From positions 70,680,001 to 70,744,000 of the forward strand of contig NC_083280.1 of assembly GCF_963506605.1 (NCBI RefSeq): a stretch of 64,000 nucleotides of DNA, in the 5' to 3' direction. The notes under the pieces were generated by a model. That model was not told the origin of the DNA. It worked only from the letters and a program-made list of their open reading frames with translations, and made no database searches. The position numbers were made by a program, and so were the translations under genes. Shown in pieces: positions 11,880 through 25,076 of this stretch (positions within the stretch are counted from its first letter, which is position 1; each line of letters starts with the position of its first letter). The DNA comes from Zootoca vivipara (Eukaryota).

Positions 11880-12990
11880 GAAAGAGAGAGAGGAGTGGAG
11901 GAATGAGTGATGGCTGTTAGTTTGGTGTAGCTTATTGTATTTTCCTTCCCACTATAAACTGCAGCAAGACAGATCTTTTTCCCCCCTTCCAAGCTGTGCA
12001 TGCACACTGATTCAGTTCAGTACAGCAAGAGCTGAGTCTCCAGTGAAGTGGCATATATCCTATGCTAGCCTTAAGGGTCCCTTCTTCTTCCTCCTCCTCT
12101 TATTTTTCATCGTCACAGGAGTAGCTTGGCCATAGCCAGGTATATGCCTTTTAAACTATGCAAGTCATGAGTTGGGGGGGGACCCTATCCAGTTGTACTA
12201 TTTACTATCTTAGTGCTTGACTGGAGAAGGAATCTGTAGCTGCTTTGGCTTCTTAGCAGCACAGAATAAAGGTGAGGGCAACTTTTGGTGCTGCAAAGGG
12301 AGTTGGAGATGCTGGAGGAAGCTATGAACTAAGGAGCGCAGCCGAACACTCAATTTGCCGTATCAGAAGTTGCCTCCATTTATCCAATGTCACAGTTTCT
12401 CTGATAATGCCTTGTATAAGAGCAGAGAAACATATCAGAAGAGAGGAGAAATGGGAAAGAGCAGCACCCCTTTCCCATGTGCTTCAAACAGACTTCATGT
12501 TACCAGCCCAAATAGTTCTTAATATATGCCCTGTAATAAATAACACCCCTGTCTCAGCTATAAAGTGTCTGTCTTCAACTGGGATGCTTAAAAATTCATG
12601 GCATTCTGGCAGCCAGATAAAGGAGGCTGCTTCTCATTTTTTCCCTCCTTCTATTGCTCTGCTGTTGATCCCTCTGAAATAGTAATTTGCTGAGCAGGGG
12701 GAGAAAACAAGTCATTAAAGTTAGCGACAATGTGTTGAAAAGATCAGCAGCAGCAGCTGCCTAAAACACCACCTGGCAAGAGACTTCCACATGGTGGGAT
12801 TAACAGCCTAGCACTAGTGAACTCCCAGGTGTGTGTGTTTCTGTGTGTGAGAGAGAGCCCACCTCCCAAATTACAGCACCCCAGTAGGTAGCATTTAAAA
12901 ATACGTTCCTTGTAGGAACACTTTCAAACTTTGCTGTCTTCAGATGTCAGAGGGCTCATTGAGACAAAGAATAGAAAAGTGGCTTAGGAG

Positions 12991-13605
12991 TAGGGCTGGG
13001 CAATATATCCATATATCGTCTAAAACCAGTTTGAAGTCCTTATCACGATATTGGTTTCATAAATTTTGACCTGGCAATATATTGCGGACAGCATTCAAAA
13101 TTCGCCAGGTGCATTTTGCCCTTAGATGTCGACCACTTGCAACCAAGTAAAGATGCCCAGACGCCAGGATAGCGTCTGATGTCTCCACCATCTGGAGATG
13201 CCTGCCTGGGCATCCTTGGATCTTACCTGTTTTCACACACTAGCAACACATCCTGTACAATTCTATCTGTGATATGTTATCTGCACAATCAGAACAGATT
13301 TCAGGGACCCAAAAGTCGTACTGTATTGGAAAATACGACTTGCGAGCCATCTGGCCCCCTAATGGCAACTAAGCATTTCATTTTGGCGACTATAACGCTG
13401 GTTTAAGAAGCCATTTGGCACCTAGTTTATATATTTGAGTTTCTCACATGGGGTGTGGGTGTGGATGCGCTATGCAAAAATCACAATGTGGGGAAAACCA
13501 TGAACCAGCCAATGCCTTATTTCAGACATTGTGATATACCAGTACATTGCAGTGTCTAGCTGGTGATATAACATAAAGTTGTAAACTAGATATCGCCCAG
13601 CCCAA
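12991..13605. mobile_element. Non-autonomous DNA transposon, probably hAT (TAGGGCTGGGC.ATAT termini)
   Basis: TAGGGCTGGGCAATAT...ATATCGCCCAGCCCAA terminal inverted repeats; TSD not recognisable. Confidence 0.7.
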
Positions 13606-13659
13606 CTGGCTGCCTTATATAGTCAGCCCATGAAGCACATTGCCTGGAAGTTGATTTCC

Positions 13660-13745
13660 AAGGCTTCAGACAGATTTTTCCCCAGCTCAGGGACTGAGCA
13701 TGGAATCTTCTGCATGTGCTCTATCACTGAGCTAGGGCCCTTCCC
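13660..13745 (-). mobile_element. Old tRNA-derived squamate SINE fragment
   Basis: Reverse complement reads gggaagggccctagctcagtgatagagcacatgcagaag... (A-box-like); related to 53128-53255. Confidence 0.55.
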
Positions 13746-14787
13746 TTGCCTCCAGGCTTTTCCAATCTAAGGGATCTAGATAGGAATGAATTCTACACCC
13801 CATAGCTGGAGCATGCATGCTTTTGGTAGCCTGGCAATTGGGCTGCACCAAATGCTGTAATATGGCTGCTTAAGAAGATCCTGCCATTAACATATCACAG
13901 CTTTTGTGCTAATCGAGAAAAGTGTGGCAGTCAAGAATGAAGGTCATTTGTCCCATGGAAAACTGGCTGCACATCAAGTATTGCAACAAAATCCTTGGTA
14001 TTCAAAAGTCTGCTTTGTATATAGCTGGCGGTTTTCAGGAAAGCTGCTGCCCAGCAGGTTACACAGTGCCTTGGGCATCCAGTAATCGTAATCGGCAGGT
14101 GCTCTAAACTAAGATTTCAAAACTTAGCATGCCACAGAAATGTGTTATTCTTTGGTCTTGTAAATATATTGCCCCCATGGTCTCATGCCTTTCCATCTCT
14201 CTAATCTGCATCTTAACATCATTTGCTTCCAAGCTGAAGGAAATAAACCAGTTTTGTGTGATGGTCTAACCCTCTGGAAAAGTGAATTGGCATTACTTTA
14301 AAAACAAAACAAAACAGCCATGAGATTATGCTTTGAATTATTGTTACTGTTCTGCCAGCTCCTGAATGCTAAGGTGCTTAGATTTCAATACGGTATATAA
14401 GAGAATATTTGAACGCAGACCAATTTATGGTGATAGTCATGACGGCTGGCTTCGCAAGGGGGGGGGGACAAAACCAAACCCTTTCAGGCTTACTCAGCTA
14501 TGGTATTCTTGGAACATTCTGCTGCCTTGAAAGGGAGGGGGGGTTAGGAACAGTTCACACAAAGTACAGCCTTAGGGTTCAACATGTGCACGTTTGCTAG
14601 GCAACACACCTGCATTAGGCTTTGATCCGTGGTTGTTGGACAGGCAGTAATCAAAGTGAAGTTCTGCACTATCTCAGCCTAGAGAACTGGCTCACACTCA
14701 ACCCTCATTTGAGCTCAGCTGAGCCAAGCAGGGACTGTGCCAAGGGGGTGACACAGAACTAGATGAGTTGAGGGCGGTATGCAGTGG

Positions 14788-14841
<54 letters not shown>

Positions 14842-15790
14842 CAGTCACTGCTACAGGTACATTTTTTTGGTGTGCATGAGAAGTAGCTGGGGATTGACAA
14901 CTGCTGCCACGTGCTTTTCATAGGAGTTTTCCTATAACCATGTTACTTCGGGAAGCAGATATTTAATAATGGCATGTACTCAACAGTTCCCTGTCTGGGG
15001 GAAGTGAGTATGTTGAGGACAGCAGAATTATATTTGGTGTTGTTTTATGAAAGAGTTTAGGCTGGAGACTTCTGTGCCCATGTCTGGTTGTTTCCAGCAG
15101 CTCGAGTTTATTATAGAACCAGCTAGAGGGCCAACAAGACATTGTCCTTGGGGTGCAGTGAGATGGTAAAGCTGATGGAACAAACCCCCCCCCCAAAAAA
15201 AGTTCAAAACTGGGTTAAATGAGTATCATCCAAGAAGTGAGCTGACCAGCAGAATTCAGTGCAGGAGCTTACTAACTGGCTGAGCATCAAAACTGAGATT
15301 CATCCCTGTGACTTAACTTAAGTTTAATATACTCATAGTTCAAGACACCCAGATTGCTAGAAACATCTGAAAAAAATGGCACCCATTTTGAAAACAAGCC
15401 TTAACTCCAAAGGGGTGGTTGTTTCCACATTCAGGAGCAAATTAAAACTTGATAAAGATCTAGCTAGACACTATTATTATTTTTAAAAGCCTGGAAATTG
15501 TGCAATTGTACATCTCACTTTCAGAATGACACCATAATGTGTACCAAAGTGGGGAGCATTGGCTAGTATTTGTAGATGCAACAATGGACTAATTGCTAAT
15601 CCACTTCCTAGTAGTCTGCTTGTGCCAACATTTATAAAATGAAACTGTTAATGAGGTTTCTAATGGGGATAAATGAATAAAATGTGGGCTGTGCTTTTTT
15701 TTAAAAAAAAGAGTAGTTGGTGTAAAAATAATAAACATTCTGAAAATAGGTCAGGACTAGTTTGGTTTCCATCCTTTTTAGTAGATCCTT

Positions 15791-15853
15791 ATGAGCGCGC
15801 AACCCCAGAGTCGGTCACGACTGGACCTAATGGTCAGGGGTCCCTTTACCTTT
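15791..15853 (+). mobile_element. Sauria SINE 3' fragment
   Basis: Nearly identical to the 3' end of the SINE at 30232-30583 (...ggggtccctttaccttt). Confidence 0.85.
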
Positions 15854-17911
15854 TTATGTAGCCAAAATGGTACCAGAAGGATCAAGGGAACCAAAGGGTT
15901 TGCAGAAGTGCAAAAAAATTAAGGGGTGGGTGGGAAGAGATATAAAACAAATCAATTAGTACTGAGCATGGTTGGTGGCTACAAACAGACTGTTTAGAGA
16001 GAGGGAAAACCCCCAAAACTGGAGGAATTGAGTTTGTCCCAGCTGTGAGTTACAAATACCCACAACTTTTTGCAGCATTGGTTGTGCTGCTGCTGTCATT
16101 CTAGATGCTGAATGAGAGAAGAACATGAAACAGGTCCCAGAATGAAATGTATCCCCCCATTAAGCGTGGCATTCTCAATGAGCGAATTTTCATGTTGCAC
16201 AGAGCTCTGATCGCATTCCCCCACCCCCACCTTCCAACTGGGGAGTGACTTTTTGAAAAGTGCTGGGAAGCATTGGGTTGTGTAGTAAGAAAGCAAAACA
16301 AAAAACAAAAAAAAACCCCAAACCCCAACTATCTTAAACAAGTCCTCTTCTGAAATTACAGCCCCGAGGTTCCACTGAACATATCGTATTGTTTCCCTCT
16401 AGCGTCTGATTCAAGCAACTGCACAAATCAGTTAGAATTTAGATCAACAAAAAAGAAGGAAAAGAATAAAACCTAGACATGTTACTAAAACAAAACAAAA
16501 GGGGCAAATTTAAGGTGACCATTACAGTTCATCCAAGGTACGTCTGCATCTGTACTGTTAGTTCAACTCACACAGCAATCGGTGCTGCACTATGGAGTCC
16601 CATCCTAAGCATGTTTAACTGGAAGATGATGATGTACCTTTCCTGACTAGCTCTATAGGGGTTCCCCCCCCTCCTGCTATTTCAACAAGTGCTGTGCCAA
16701 AAATTTCTCCTGTGTTCCCCTCACCAAAACATTATGCAATGATGAATGAGAAAATAAATTGCATTTTAACATTATCAATGGGGGGGGATCAATTAATTTA
16801 TCCTTGGTGGGATGTAGGGATTTATTTTTTATTTGTATGTGATTTCCTTATTTTTGAGGCGATGGTGGCAGGTTATGGGTGCCCTTTCTTTGGTGCTCAA
16901 ATCATCTGTATTCTGCAGCCTTCTGAGTGCCCACACGCTTCAATTAAAGCCCAGGGGAAGACTTCATGAGGTAATTTTTCCCCATGGGGTTTTTCAGATC
17001 AGGCAAACAGGTTAGAGAGTGCTAGAGAAAACTTGACTGGGGGTGGGGGGGGGTGGGAATACACCATGCTTGGTCACCTCAAAACCCCAAACTGATCAAA
17101 ATTCTAACGAAATTCTCAAGCATCCTAAGAATGAGGCAGAAATATTGAAGCCTCTTTGGGCAGAGTTTTTTAAAAAAACTTTTGTGAAACAGTTTTTTGC
17201 TAATTTCAAAATCTCAGCCCCTGAAGGCAGATGTTAGGTGGCAATCTTCAACTTGATTTGTTTGTAGGGAGTCTGAGCTAGTGCACGTTTTCGGCAAACC
17301 GCCCTCTAGCAGTATGCCATCAGAAGGTATTGGGATATCTTGTGTCATTGTGGCAAGCTCCTCCCCACCCCCACCTCTTTTAAAATATTGCTTCCATACC
17401 AAGCTATCAGGTGTACAGGATAACAAATGAAGAGGCAGGGAACAGCTGCGAAGGCAAATAGTCAGGTGTTGGACTTGCTGCCAAGAAGATTATATGGAGC
17501 AGCACTCTCCAAATTAGAGCTATCGGCTCTTAAACTGAGAAGATGTTCAACCGCCCTCTTGAGTTTCACTTGTTTCTATCACATCTGAAGATCGTGCTTT
17601 TTTTAAAATGCAGATTTTCTGTTTTTAAAAGATAGTGAGAATTCCGAATATTGAAAGTAATATTCCGGTTGCGGGAAAGAAACACATTTTATTGCTAAGA
17701 AGAACACAACGGTGCTGATTCTACACTGCCCCTGAGAGATGCCTCCATCTGCCCAATTTCCTCTGTTTTACATAGGCACCTCTTTTTAGAGGGTTAGCAC
17801 AAGTTCCAGGACATATTTTTTTCCTGATGAGCTTCAATTGGCTTTGTTTATTGACTTGCTTTGTGGTTAGCTTGTCTCTCTGCCTTTTGTCTGCTACCTT
17901 ATGCTTTAGAA

Positions 17912-18047
17912 CAGGCACCCCCAAACTGCAGCCCTCCAGATGTTTTGGCCTACAACTCCCATGATCCCAAGCTAACAGGACCAGTTGTTGGGGAAAATGG
18001 GAATTGTAGTCCAAAACATCTGGAGGGCCGAAGTTTGGGGATACCTG
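17912..18047 (-). mobile_element. 136-bp hAT MITE, copy 2
   Basis: Same family as 1568 in the opposite orientation; perfect TSD CTTTAGAA. Confidence 0.93.
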
Positions 18048-18479
18048 CTTTAGAATGAAGCTGGCGTAAAAAGCACTTCAGAGATAATCATCCATTGGGA
18101 TATGAGGAATGAGATTAGAATCTGGGTGGGTGACCAGCACAGTCACCCTTCTTGGAATTAATTTTGCAAAAGATAAAGAGGACTATAAAGCAACAACATC
18201 GCCAGTTTACATATTAGAAACAAAAAGGAAGCAGGGGGAGGGGCAATTAGTGTTTAATTGTTATAACTGAATGTAGCAACCCTTAAAATTGTATTTCAGC
18301 TAAGAATGTGTGTCACAAACATACATGGTGACGCATCTCGTATCCTGTTGTTTCACACCAATATGGCATATAATGATGGCAAGAAGGATGAGAAACACTC
18401 AGCCTAATTTCATACAACTGACCTAATTTTACAGTCAGCCTCGGACAAAAGTGATTGGGGGGGGGGGCTCTCTCTAAGC

Positions 18480-19074
18480 CACAGGTCAGCAAACTTTTTT
18501 TGGAGGGGGACGGTGAACTGTGGTGGGCTGGACCGCGCACAGGCAGCGGAGGGGGCTTCTCTCTCTTCCCCAGCCCCTCCCCTCCCCCTGCCTACCTATG
18601 CCGCTGCCGTCAGCGGCGCTACGCTCTCCATAGCTGCCAAGTTTTCCCTTTTCTCGCGAGGAAGCCTATTCAGCATAAGGGAAAATCCCTTTAAAAAAGG
18701 GATAACTTGGCAGCTATGACGCTCTCCCAACTGCAGCTCCTGTGCCTGCCCTTGCGAGCAGCAGAGGCTGGTGAAAGGGCTGGCGGGCTGGCGGGCTCCA
18801 GAGAGGCGCTGCCCAAAATGGCTCTCAGCCAGCTCAGACCAGCCCCCTTCCTCCACTACGCAGAATGGGGAGAAGGACCGGGAGAAGCCAGGAGGAGGGA
18901 GGGAGGAGGCTCCGTGGTGCATAAGAGGGAAATAGTGCCGAAAAAATGGCGCCGGGGAAAAAATAACGGAAACCTTTAATAAACAGAATCACTGATCCAC
19001 GGAATGTCCGTGGAACAGATCCTGAGGGCATTTGGGCCGGATCCGGCCCACAGACCGTAGTTTGCCAACCCCTG
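18480..19074. mobile_element. Non-autonomous hAT (Charlie-like), GC-rich, with a nested 90-bp MITE
   Basis: Termini CACAGGTCAGCAAACT / AGTTTGCCAACCCCTG; TSD CTCTAAGC / CCCTAAGC (7/8). Confidence 0.8.
18629..18718 (+). mobile_element. 90-bp hAT MITE, copy 1
   Basis: TIR CATAGCTGCCAAGTT; perfect 8-bp TSD ACGCTCTC. Confidence 0.92.
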
Positions 19075-21141
19075 CCCTAAGCTATCAGTTCAAACAAATT
19101 GGGTGAGTGTAACTGAAATGAATGCAGAAATGGAAGAAGAGTGGAGGGAAAGTACAGAGATATACTGGATGGCACACAGAGAGAGTGAGAATCCCTCTGC
19201 TGCAGACCTTACCCACTTGAGAGCCCCGTCTGGTTACCTGGCCTTCAGCTGAAAGAAGGGAGTGCATCTCCTAACTTTTACAACTTGTCAAAGGTAAATT
19301 TTCAAAGGAGAGAAGTAGGGTTGGTTGGTGCCATTTTGCATTGCACCGACAAAATATACCCCCCTATTCATTGTCCAGTGATTTGGCACATTGATGGAAG
19401 TGAGTGAATCCAGAATCTAGAAAAAAGGCACATGCTGATATCTGGGAATCCAGACATGCCCATTACACTCGATCTGTGTGCAAATGGCCTCTCAAAATTC
19501 TCCACCCTTTTGGAGAAATTCCTTTTCTGGGTAGGGAAATTTGAAGGATGTGAGGGTAGGAGAAATTCTCCAATAGCTTCTTGGGCGAGTGGATCCATTA
19601 GTATCAATGGTACAACTTTCTTTATTTTTCTCCACTGAAACTGGCAGCAGCTATCTTGGCAGCCTAGCCACCACCACCACCATTTTCTCCAGATCTAATG
19701 TTGTTTCAGGTCACATGCTGGCTGGGGCTGATAGGAGTTGTAGCCCAAAACAGCTGGAGGACACCAGGTTGATGAATGCTGATTTAGGTATTCTCCATTT
19801 ATTGATGTGTGTTAAACTGAATTTTACTGTCATCTTCCCTGAAATCACTAAGATAAAGGATGGGTTATAAATATTTTAAACAAACCAGAGGAACTGTGTG
19901 TTCCTATAACTTCTTTATTGTCTTGGAATGGCAGTACTGGTTTTCCCAAGAAGTCTAACATTGATTGGGAACTAGCTTTGTATGAATCTGCCAAACTGAT
20001 TGAGTGTTTGGGGGAGTATATTTCACACTCTACTGTCAAAACTACTCTTCCTTGTGCTGGTGTCCGGTAAGCTTTCAGGTGTTTTGGTGCATTCAGAACT
20101 GGGCACCTGTTTTATAGGTGAGCCAGCAACATGATCCTACAGAGACAAGATGCAAAATATTTCTGACAGGCCAATTAAACCCCCCATTTCCCTTGTTCAA
20201 TAATGTCTGGCAGTGAAAGTAGATCTCTTAATAAAAGACAGTGCTGGCTGTTCTAACGCTGGCTGGGAACCAAAGTAAGCCCATCTGTCAAATGTATTAC
20301 GCTTTGCATCTATACCCTTTCAGAAACTTGGTAGATCTGTCTTCTGCTAACACAATTGCTCCATTTTTCACTCTGCTTCCAAACCAGCGTGGGCCACTCT
20401 ACTTTGTTGTCTTGGTTCTGATTTCCCCAGATCAATCATGCATCAATTAATGTGGCCTTTGGCTAAATAACACCTCTGAGCCTCAGATCTCCATTTCTGA
20501 AGTGGTCAAAAAAAGAGTTACTTGCTTCATTGTAAGGGCCTCTTCAGATATTTTTTTACTGAGCTTTCATCATTATATGTGATCATGATGTTTCTGGGGC
20601 AGTTATAAGCTATCACACCTTCAATACCATTTGCGCCTGCAGAAGTTTCTGGGCAGCTAAATTGTTTATATTGCAGTAGGTAAATTTTCAGTAGTTTCCT
20701 GCTAAAATCCTGTAATTTGTCAATAGCACAAATGCTCTGCTTTTGTTTATGCCGTGGTTCAAAAACACTCCCTCCAGATGGCAATAATGTGGTTATTTTG
20801 GGGACGTATTGCAGAACAACTGAGAAAGTGTAATAAATGTGTCTGTGGTCCTGTGTAAATCCATCTCTAATGCACTATTATTGCATCAATGACTTGTTTT
20901 AACTCAAGTTTAGTCGTATTGTATGAGGGTCTCCTGTACACCGTTTGGAGTGATTAAGTGGTATAACCACAGATTGTTGAAATACATAAATAAATAGAAA
21001 TGATGCAGAGTCCACATGCAGAAAAACACCAGCCTGAAGGGACCCTAAGATTGTTACTGGTATGATTGCGATAGGGGACAGCTACCTGCTCCGAATCCCC
21101 ACAATTATGCTAAAATGCCAGTAACAACAACAACAACAACA

Positions 21142-21492
21142 AAGGAGATTCCTACTAAACATTAAAAAAACACCTTTCTGACAGTAAGAGCTGTTTGGCA
21201 GTGGAATAGACTCCCATGAGAGGTGGTGGACTCTCCTTCCTTGGAGGTTTTAAAGCAGAGATTGGATGGCCACCTGCCAGGGATTATTTAGCAGTGATTC
21301 CTGCATTGCAGGGGGTTGGATTAGATGGCCTTTGGGGTCCCTTCCAGCCCTAAGAGCCCTCCAGATGTTTTGGACTACGGTTCCCATCATCCCTGACCAC
21401 TGGTCCTGTTAGCTAGGGATCATGGGAGTTGTAGGCCAAAACATCTGGAGGGCCACAGTTTGGGGATGCCTGCCTAAGATTCTATGATTCTA
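21142..21492 (+). mobile_element. CR1 LINE 3' fragment, interrupted by a MITE
   Basis: Typical CR1 end (cagtggaatagactcccatgagaggtggtggactctccttccttggaggtttt...ggggttgga...ggtcccttcca...ttctatgattcta). Confidence 0.88.
21356..21472 (+). mobile_element. 136-bp hAT MITE, copy 3 (left TIR deleted)
   Basis: Same family as 1568. Right flank CCTAAGAT, left flank CCTAAGA; about 19 nt of the left end are missing. Confidence 0.88.
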
Positions 21493-22836
21493 AATGCTTC
21501 CGGGTGCAAGGGTCTTGCAAGCGTGTGTGCTTTTACTTACTTGAGTGAAAATAAACGGGCAGCTGAAATAAGTGAGCCTCATTATTTAAGGTGAAAGGAA
21601 AGGATGCTCTGGTGCAATTAAGGCTGACGAGGCAAAAGGCTGACAGCCATGGGAACAATGTGAGGTATTAATCATGTGCTAAAACAGTAATTGCCGTCTC
21701 CTGTTCCCTTTGCATGGTCTTGCCACCCCGGTGCAACAGAAGGAAAATAATAATTACAAAAGAAACAGCCATTTTTCTTCGGGAAGATCTAGGTATCTGG
21801 TTCTTACTACATTCACAGCAGCAAACACAAAGTGGCTTGTGGAAAAGCCGGGCTAGAGGTCCTTTCTTGGAGCCTCCTATATGATGGGTGCGTTGATGAT
21901 AGCCTAGCTGCAGGGATATAGCCATTCTTAGCCCATCCTTTAAAGTAAGATGTGCAATCATGTGCAGAAGTCATACAGCAAGGGGCATGCACATCAGCTG
22001 CATTTTAATAACTCCATTTAAAACACAAAATGAAACTTACATAGGACAAACAAAGGGCCGTACAGAGAGGTGTGTGTGTTTATGTATGCATATACAAAGT
22101 TCTGTTTATGGTTTCTAGTCATGTCCTAAATAGCAATGGGGTGGGTTAATTGCTCCGGAGACATCTTTCAGAAAACAACTTTTCCTGTTCTTAAAGCAAG
22201 CCCAGCAAATGATGTTGCCACCTGCACAAGTTAGGAACAGCTCCTAATTCCAGTCATTTGTGAAGTTGGTTTGAGAAATAGCGCCTCAAACAGTTGTATC
22301 TTAGGACAAACTACAGGATATAAGGGGTTTTGGATAAAGTTGTGTGAACAAAGAATAAAAACCCAGGGCTGTGTAGACAGGAGTGTGGACACAACCTGAG
22401 TTTGCAGAATGCACTATGCCTGCAACAGATGTGTCGACTGCGTATGCAACAAATGAGAAACACATGCACATTTATTAATTTTAAAAAGCCAGCTCCCTTG
22501 GAAAGGCGCTACACATTCATGCCTCCTGGACAGGAATGCCACACAGTACATCCTCTCATCTTTATTGGTGCATCTCTGCTTCTACCCACTGGGATCCAAG
22601 ATTCTTTCTCCTTTTATTTTAGGATAGGACCAATTTGCTGTGTCTGACTTAAAAGGAGGAATAAGTGCTTTTCAATAGCTCAGCTGGTGCTAGCTATTTA
22701 CTTTGGGTCATGTAAAAAGCTCCCTTTTTACCGATTGCAATCCAGCCTTCTTGTTCAGGGCTTTGTCTGTTGCATCAGTTAAAACATGACCTCACAGATA
22801 TAAACAACACCTTTTTATCTGTCCCTATTTTCCCAG

Positions 22837-22914
22837 GCCTAAGCAATCGCTTGCCGTACTTCCTAAATTATTTCTTCGACACGTACCTGTTGATCAATGA
22901 AGATACGCCAGTGG
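22837..22914 (+). CDS. CDH23: Cadherin-23 second coding exon (start of EC1): (G)LSNRLPYFLNYFFDTYLLINEDTPV(G)
   Basis: Acceptor ttttcccag ends at 22836 and a GTAAGT donor starts at 22915. The exon is 78 nt, phase 1-1. The peptide closely matches mammalian CDH23 QVNRLPFFTNHFFDTYLLISEDTPVG. Confidence 0.96.
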
Positions 22915-23245
22915 GTAAGTGCATTGAGCTTTTATGTCTAATGAGTTAAATGGCATGTTTCGCATCAAATTCTCTTTGGCGGGGGGTGGGGGATGAAGAA
23001 AGTCAAGAACAGTGACTCAGCATGTTGATTTCAAAGGCGCTGCCTGTAAAAGGCAAACAGATTCCCCCTCTAGAGCGCTAAAATGTGCACTGTCTTTGGT
23101 TGATTCCAGAAGGCGGATAAAGATTCTGTTGATGAGGCTGTTAGTTTCAGTCTGATTAAAGGGAAATTAAACTGGATGCAGTGTGAACAGGCCTATGACA
23201 ATCTCTGAAGAGGAATCCCCAATGCTAGCGTGGATTTGTTTAGAT

Positions 23246-23381
23246 CAGGCATCCCCAAACTGCGGCCCTCCAGATGTTTTGGCCTACAACTCCCATGATC
23301 CCTAGCTAACAGGACCAGTGGTCTGGGATGATGGGAATTGTAGTCCAAAACATCTGGAGGGCCGAAGTTTGGGGATGCCTG
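23246..23381 (-). mobile_element. 136-bp hAT MITE, copy 4
   Basis: Full TIRs CAGGCATCCCCAAACT; TSD GTTTAGAT / GCTTAAAT (6/8). Confidence 0.92.
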
Positions 23382-23651
23382 GCTTAAATCCTAGACTTCC
23401 GTAATTTGCTAACGGTTTTGTTGTTGCAGTTTTATGCGCCCTCTGCCATTCACCTTTATTTATTTATTTTTGTGTATTTTGAAGCATTTTCTCTTCTTAT
23501 CTATTCCGTCTGCAGTGCAATATATTGTTGTATCTGGCGGTAGAGAACACCAGAGTTGAAATTAATTATCCTGACTGTACCTTACTACAATGTTTCTTGG
23601 TTCAGTCCAATATGTTTCTTTTTTCTTTTTTAAAAAAAGATAATAATGTAT

Positions 23652-23763
23652 GAGCTGGGATAGCTCATTCAGTAGAGCATAAGACTCTTAATCTTAGGGC
23701 CGTGGGTTCAAGCCCATGGCTGTCGGGGTCCCTTCCAACTTTACAATGTTATGATTGTATGAT
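23652..23763 (+). mobile_element. tRNA-Lys/CR1-tail SINE, internally deleted copy
   Basis: tagctca...gtagagcataagactcttaatcttagggccgtgggttcaagccc followed by ggggtcccttccaac...tatgattgtatgat. Confidence 0.78.
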
Positions 23764-23841
23764 GTGTAAATGGCCACCCTGCTCTTGAATCTTCTGCTTC
23801 GTGTGATGAGAACTGGCAACTAGGTAGCTAACACAGTTTGA

Positions 23842-24185
23842 TTTATTGAATGATAAAAAAAAAAAATTATATACTGCTGTATCATAAAACTATGTCACAG
23901 CGGTTTACACCAATAAACATAAAGCGGACAAGAACGCCATAAAAAGTTTTTTAAAAAACAAGTTAAAAGCAAATTAATAACAAACATTAACAGACCGTCG
24001 TGGGGGGTGTACTCTTAATTACCTGCATAGGACTGGCGGAATAGAAAAGCTTTTAGCAAGTGTTTAAATGTCGGCCCAGAAGAAGCTGGTCTGCTGAATC
24101 TTTCAGCAGGGTGTTCCACAGGACTGGGAAGATGACCCTAAAGGCTCGGATTTCTTCTTGTTGTCAAATGACCCTCACCAACTCC
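23842..24185 (-). mobile_element. L2-clade LINE 3' fragment (degenerate)
   Basis: The reverse strand shows the usual L2 end (gcctttagggtc...cctgtggaacaccct...tgtaaaccgc...aataaa). Confidence 0.55.
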
Positions 24186-24594
24186 TTTACATGTCTATCC
24201 AAAAGTCGGTCTCAGTGCTTACCTTAGGGGAACTAGGTAGTGGGATTGCATCCTGAAGTACAAGGAGTCTGAAAACAAAAGCCAGGGTTGTCCAAATACT
24301 CCGCTAAGCTCTACTCACTGTGCAGTTATCAGGTCCCCAAAATTATCCTGAGTGTAAAGATGGGTTTTATGAAATTCGCAAAAACAATGTTGTGATGCCC
24401 CAAAATCCTTTTAACGGGTAAGAAATTCCAGGGGTGGAAATGAAGGATGTTGCTGTGAAGCTATTGTAACATTTTAAAACATGAAATAAAAGCATTTAAT
24501 TTGAACTTTTATTTCATGCCACTTGAAAATAGGGCATACATGAACGCGTCTTCCATATCCAGATAGATGCCTTGTAAGCCGACTGAGAACAGGG

Positions 24595-24628
<34 letters not shown>

Positions 24629-25076
24629 TTTTAATTGTGCCCTTGGCAAAATATTTTGGCGTTTGATTGACAGATTTAGCCTTTATTTATTTATTTATGT
24701 CAGTGATCAGTTTTAGTAAATGTAAAAATCGATTGGGCCCTTTCTTGGCCTCTTTCCAAGCTCTCAGTCCATTAAACTTGTGCTCTTCAATCAGGGCCTG
24801 TGGATAGCTAGTAATGCTGTTCGAATTGATTGTAAGCCCTGTGTGTGTGCACAAGCACAGTCTGAGCATGATGGGCTGTTCTCCCTGTTCAAGCTAATAG
24901 CTGTGATTTTATCAGGGCCCGAATAGCAGAGCCCTCTATTTTCTTGCATGTGCTCCCCCAACCCCGTTTGCAGTTCACACTTGCAACACAACACCATTAA
25001 TCCATGTATTCTTAGTGGAAGGTAAATTTGATTTTGAATTAAAAACAAGAAAACAAAAAACATGGAATGCTTAAGA

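Larger units (their letters stand above)
8058..22836 (+). other. CDH23: CDH23 intron (~14.8 kb) between the first and second coding exons
   Basis: GT...AG boundaries with matching phase 1. Confidence 0.88.
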
